From Raillietiella orientalis (taxonomy: Eukaryota), in assembly GCA_036172245.1 (NCBI GenBank), contig JAYWIR010000061.1, positions 496,001 to 560,000 of the forward strand: a stretch of 64,000 nucleotides of DNA. Reading direction: 5' to 3'. Each line of letters begins with the position of its first letter. Within the stretch, counting starts at the first letter, position 1. The translations under genes and the position numbers were made by a program. A model generated the notes under the pieces. The model had not been told where the DNA came from. It worked only from the letters and a program-made list of their open reading frames with translations, and did no database searches. Shown here piece after piece: positions 63,401-64,000 of the stretch.

Positions 63401-63869
63401 GAAGAGAAGGGAGGTCACCAGGATGGCAACTGGGCTACATGAGGACGGCAGCAAAGTGGTCTCACCTGCCAATGGAAGACCAGGGGAGACCGCCAACATC
63501 CAGTGACGGTTTTGAAACGAAGGAACGGCAGATACTGGTCTTGTCGTCCTTCATTTTTTTTCTCATTCCCCATTCCCTTTCGCTCCGAAACTTTCCCAGT
63601 TTCAGTGTATTGATCCCGGTGTATATGAAACAAACCCAAAGGCCCTTGCCCCAACCCCCCGAATTTACTCTTTTTTTTTTGGGGGGGGGGGGGGGGAGGG
63701 GCAATGGGAGTAGTTCTCCTTACCCCTCCCGTTACTGACTTTTTAAGATCCCGACCTGCGTATCGGAGGACCCCTCTCCGCTCAGTTTCTTGTGTCCCCG
63801 GCTGGAAACCAAAGTTCCAACTGTTTTTTTTTATATGAAATAAACGCTTCGGCATGACCGGATGAAAAA
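60430..63869 (+). mobile_element. L1/Tx1-like LINE ORF2 (APE end, RT, zf-RVT) plus 3' UTR, frameshifted (family A, longest copy)
   Basis: APE-end-like 'PLNIFGR..STCFSE' and 'NVWRMP'; 'KALGEDGQPGEFF' (KAPGxDGLPxEFY); 'VRLLPKGEDLHHRTNWRPISLVNTDANLFSKL'; 'VDLHKPFDCV'; 'SRGIRQ'; 'SPNCARCRSAESIPLHLLLDCGALQELWW'; terminal stem-loop plus A run. Confidence 0.9.
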
Positions 63870-63884
63870 CCTCTTGGAGCAGCA

Positions 63885-64000
63885 ATGGAGACGAAGTTTG
63901 GTTTCTTCTGAGCCATCGTCACGGCTCGCTATGTGCTAGAGACGACCACGCAACCAATGGAGGTCCCCAGGGTGGCACCCGAGCTGCTTGAGAATGGTCG
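63885..64000 (+). mobile_element. Start of a further family A LINE 3' fragment in tandem
   Basis: cacggctcgctatgtgctagagacgaccacg repeats cacggctcgccatgtgctggagacgaccacg at ~63371. Confidence 0.75.

Noticed and set aside
1..64000. CRISPR array or prokaryotic operon
   Set aside because: No regularly spaced direct repeats and no dense intact coding sequence; the content is eukaryotic retroelements and pseudogenes.

Overview
Eukaryotic DNA, probably from a protostome animal and possibly an arthropod, judged by eye from a 28S rRNA fragment. It is repeat-dense and fairly GC-rich, and I cannot support any intact protein-coding gene; most ORFs in the track are compositional artefacts or alternative frames of decayed sequences. 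Recognisable content: (1) about 18 frameshifted BTB/BACK-domain gene relics on both strands; (2) four BEL/Pao LTR-retrotransposon pol relics, all on the minus strand, plus two Gypsy-like relics; (3) several copies of an L1/Tx1-like LINE sharing a 3' terminal stem-loop; (4) five copies of an RNase H-bearing LINE (R1/LOA/I group), four of which share a conserved 3' UTR; (5) a well-preserved 3' part of a Utopia/NeSL-like RLE element; (6) a ~300 bp 28S rRNA fragment fused directly to a Tx1-like LINE tail; (7) a GC-rich inverted repeat. All protein-family calls come from motifs recognised by eye across frames; no HMM or BLAST search was run, and boundaries are approximate.
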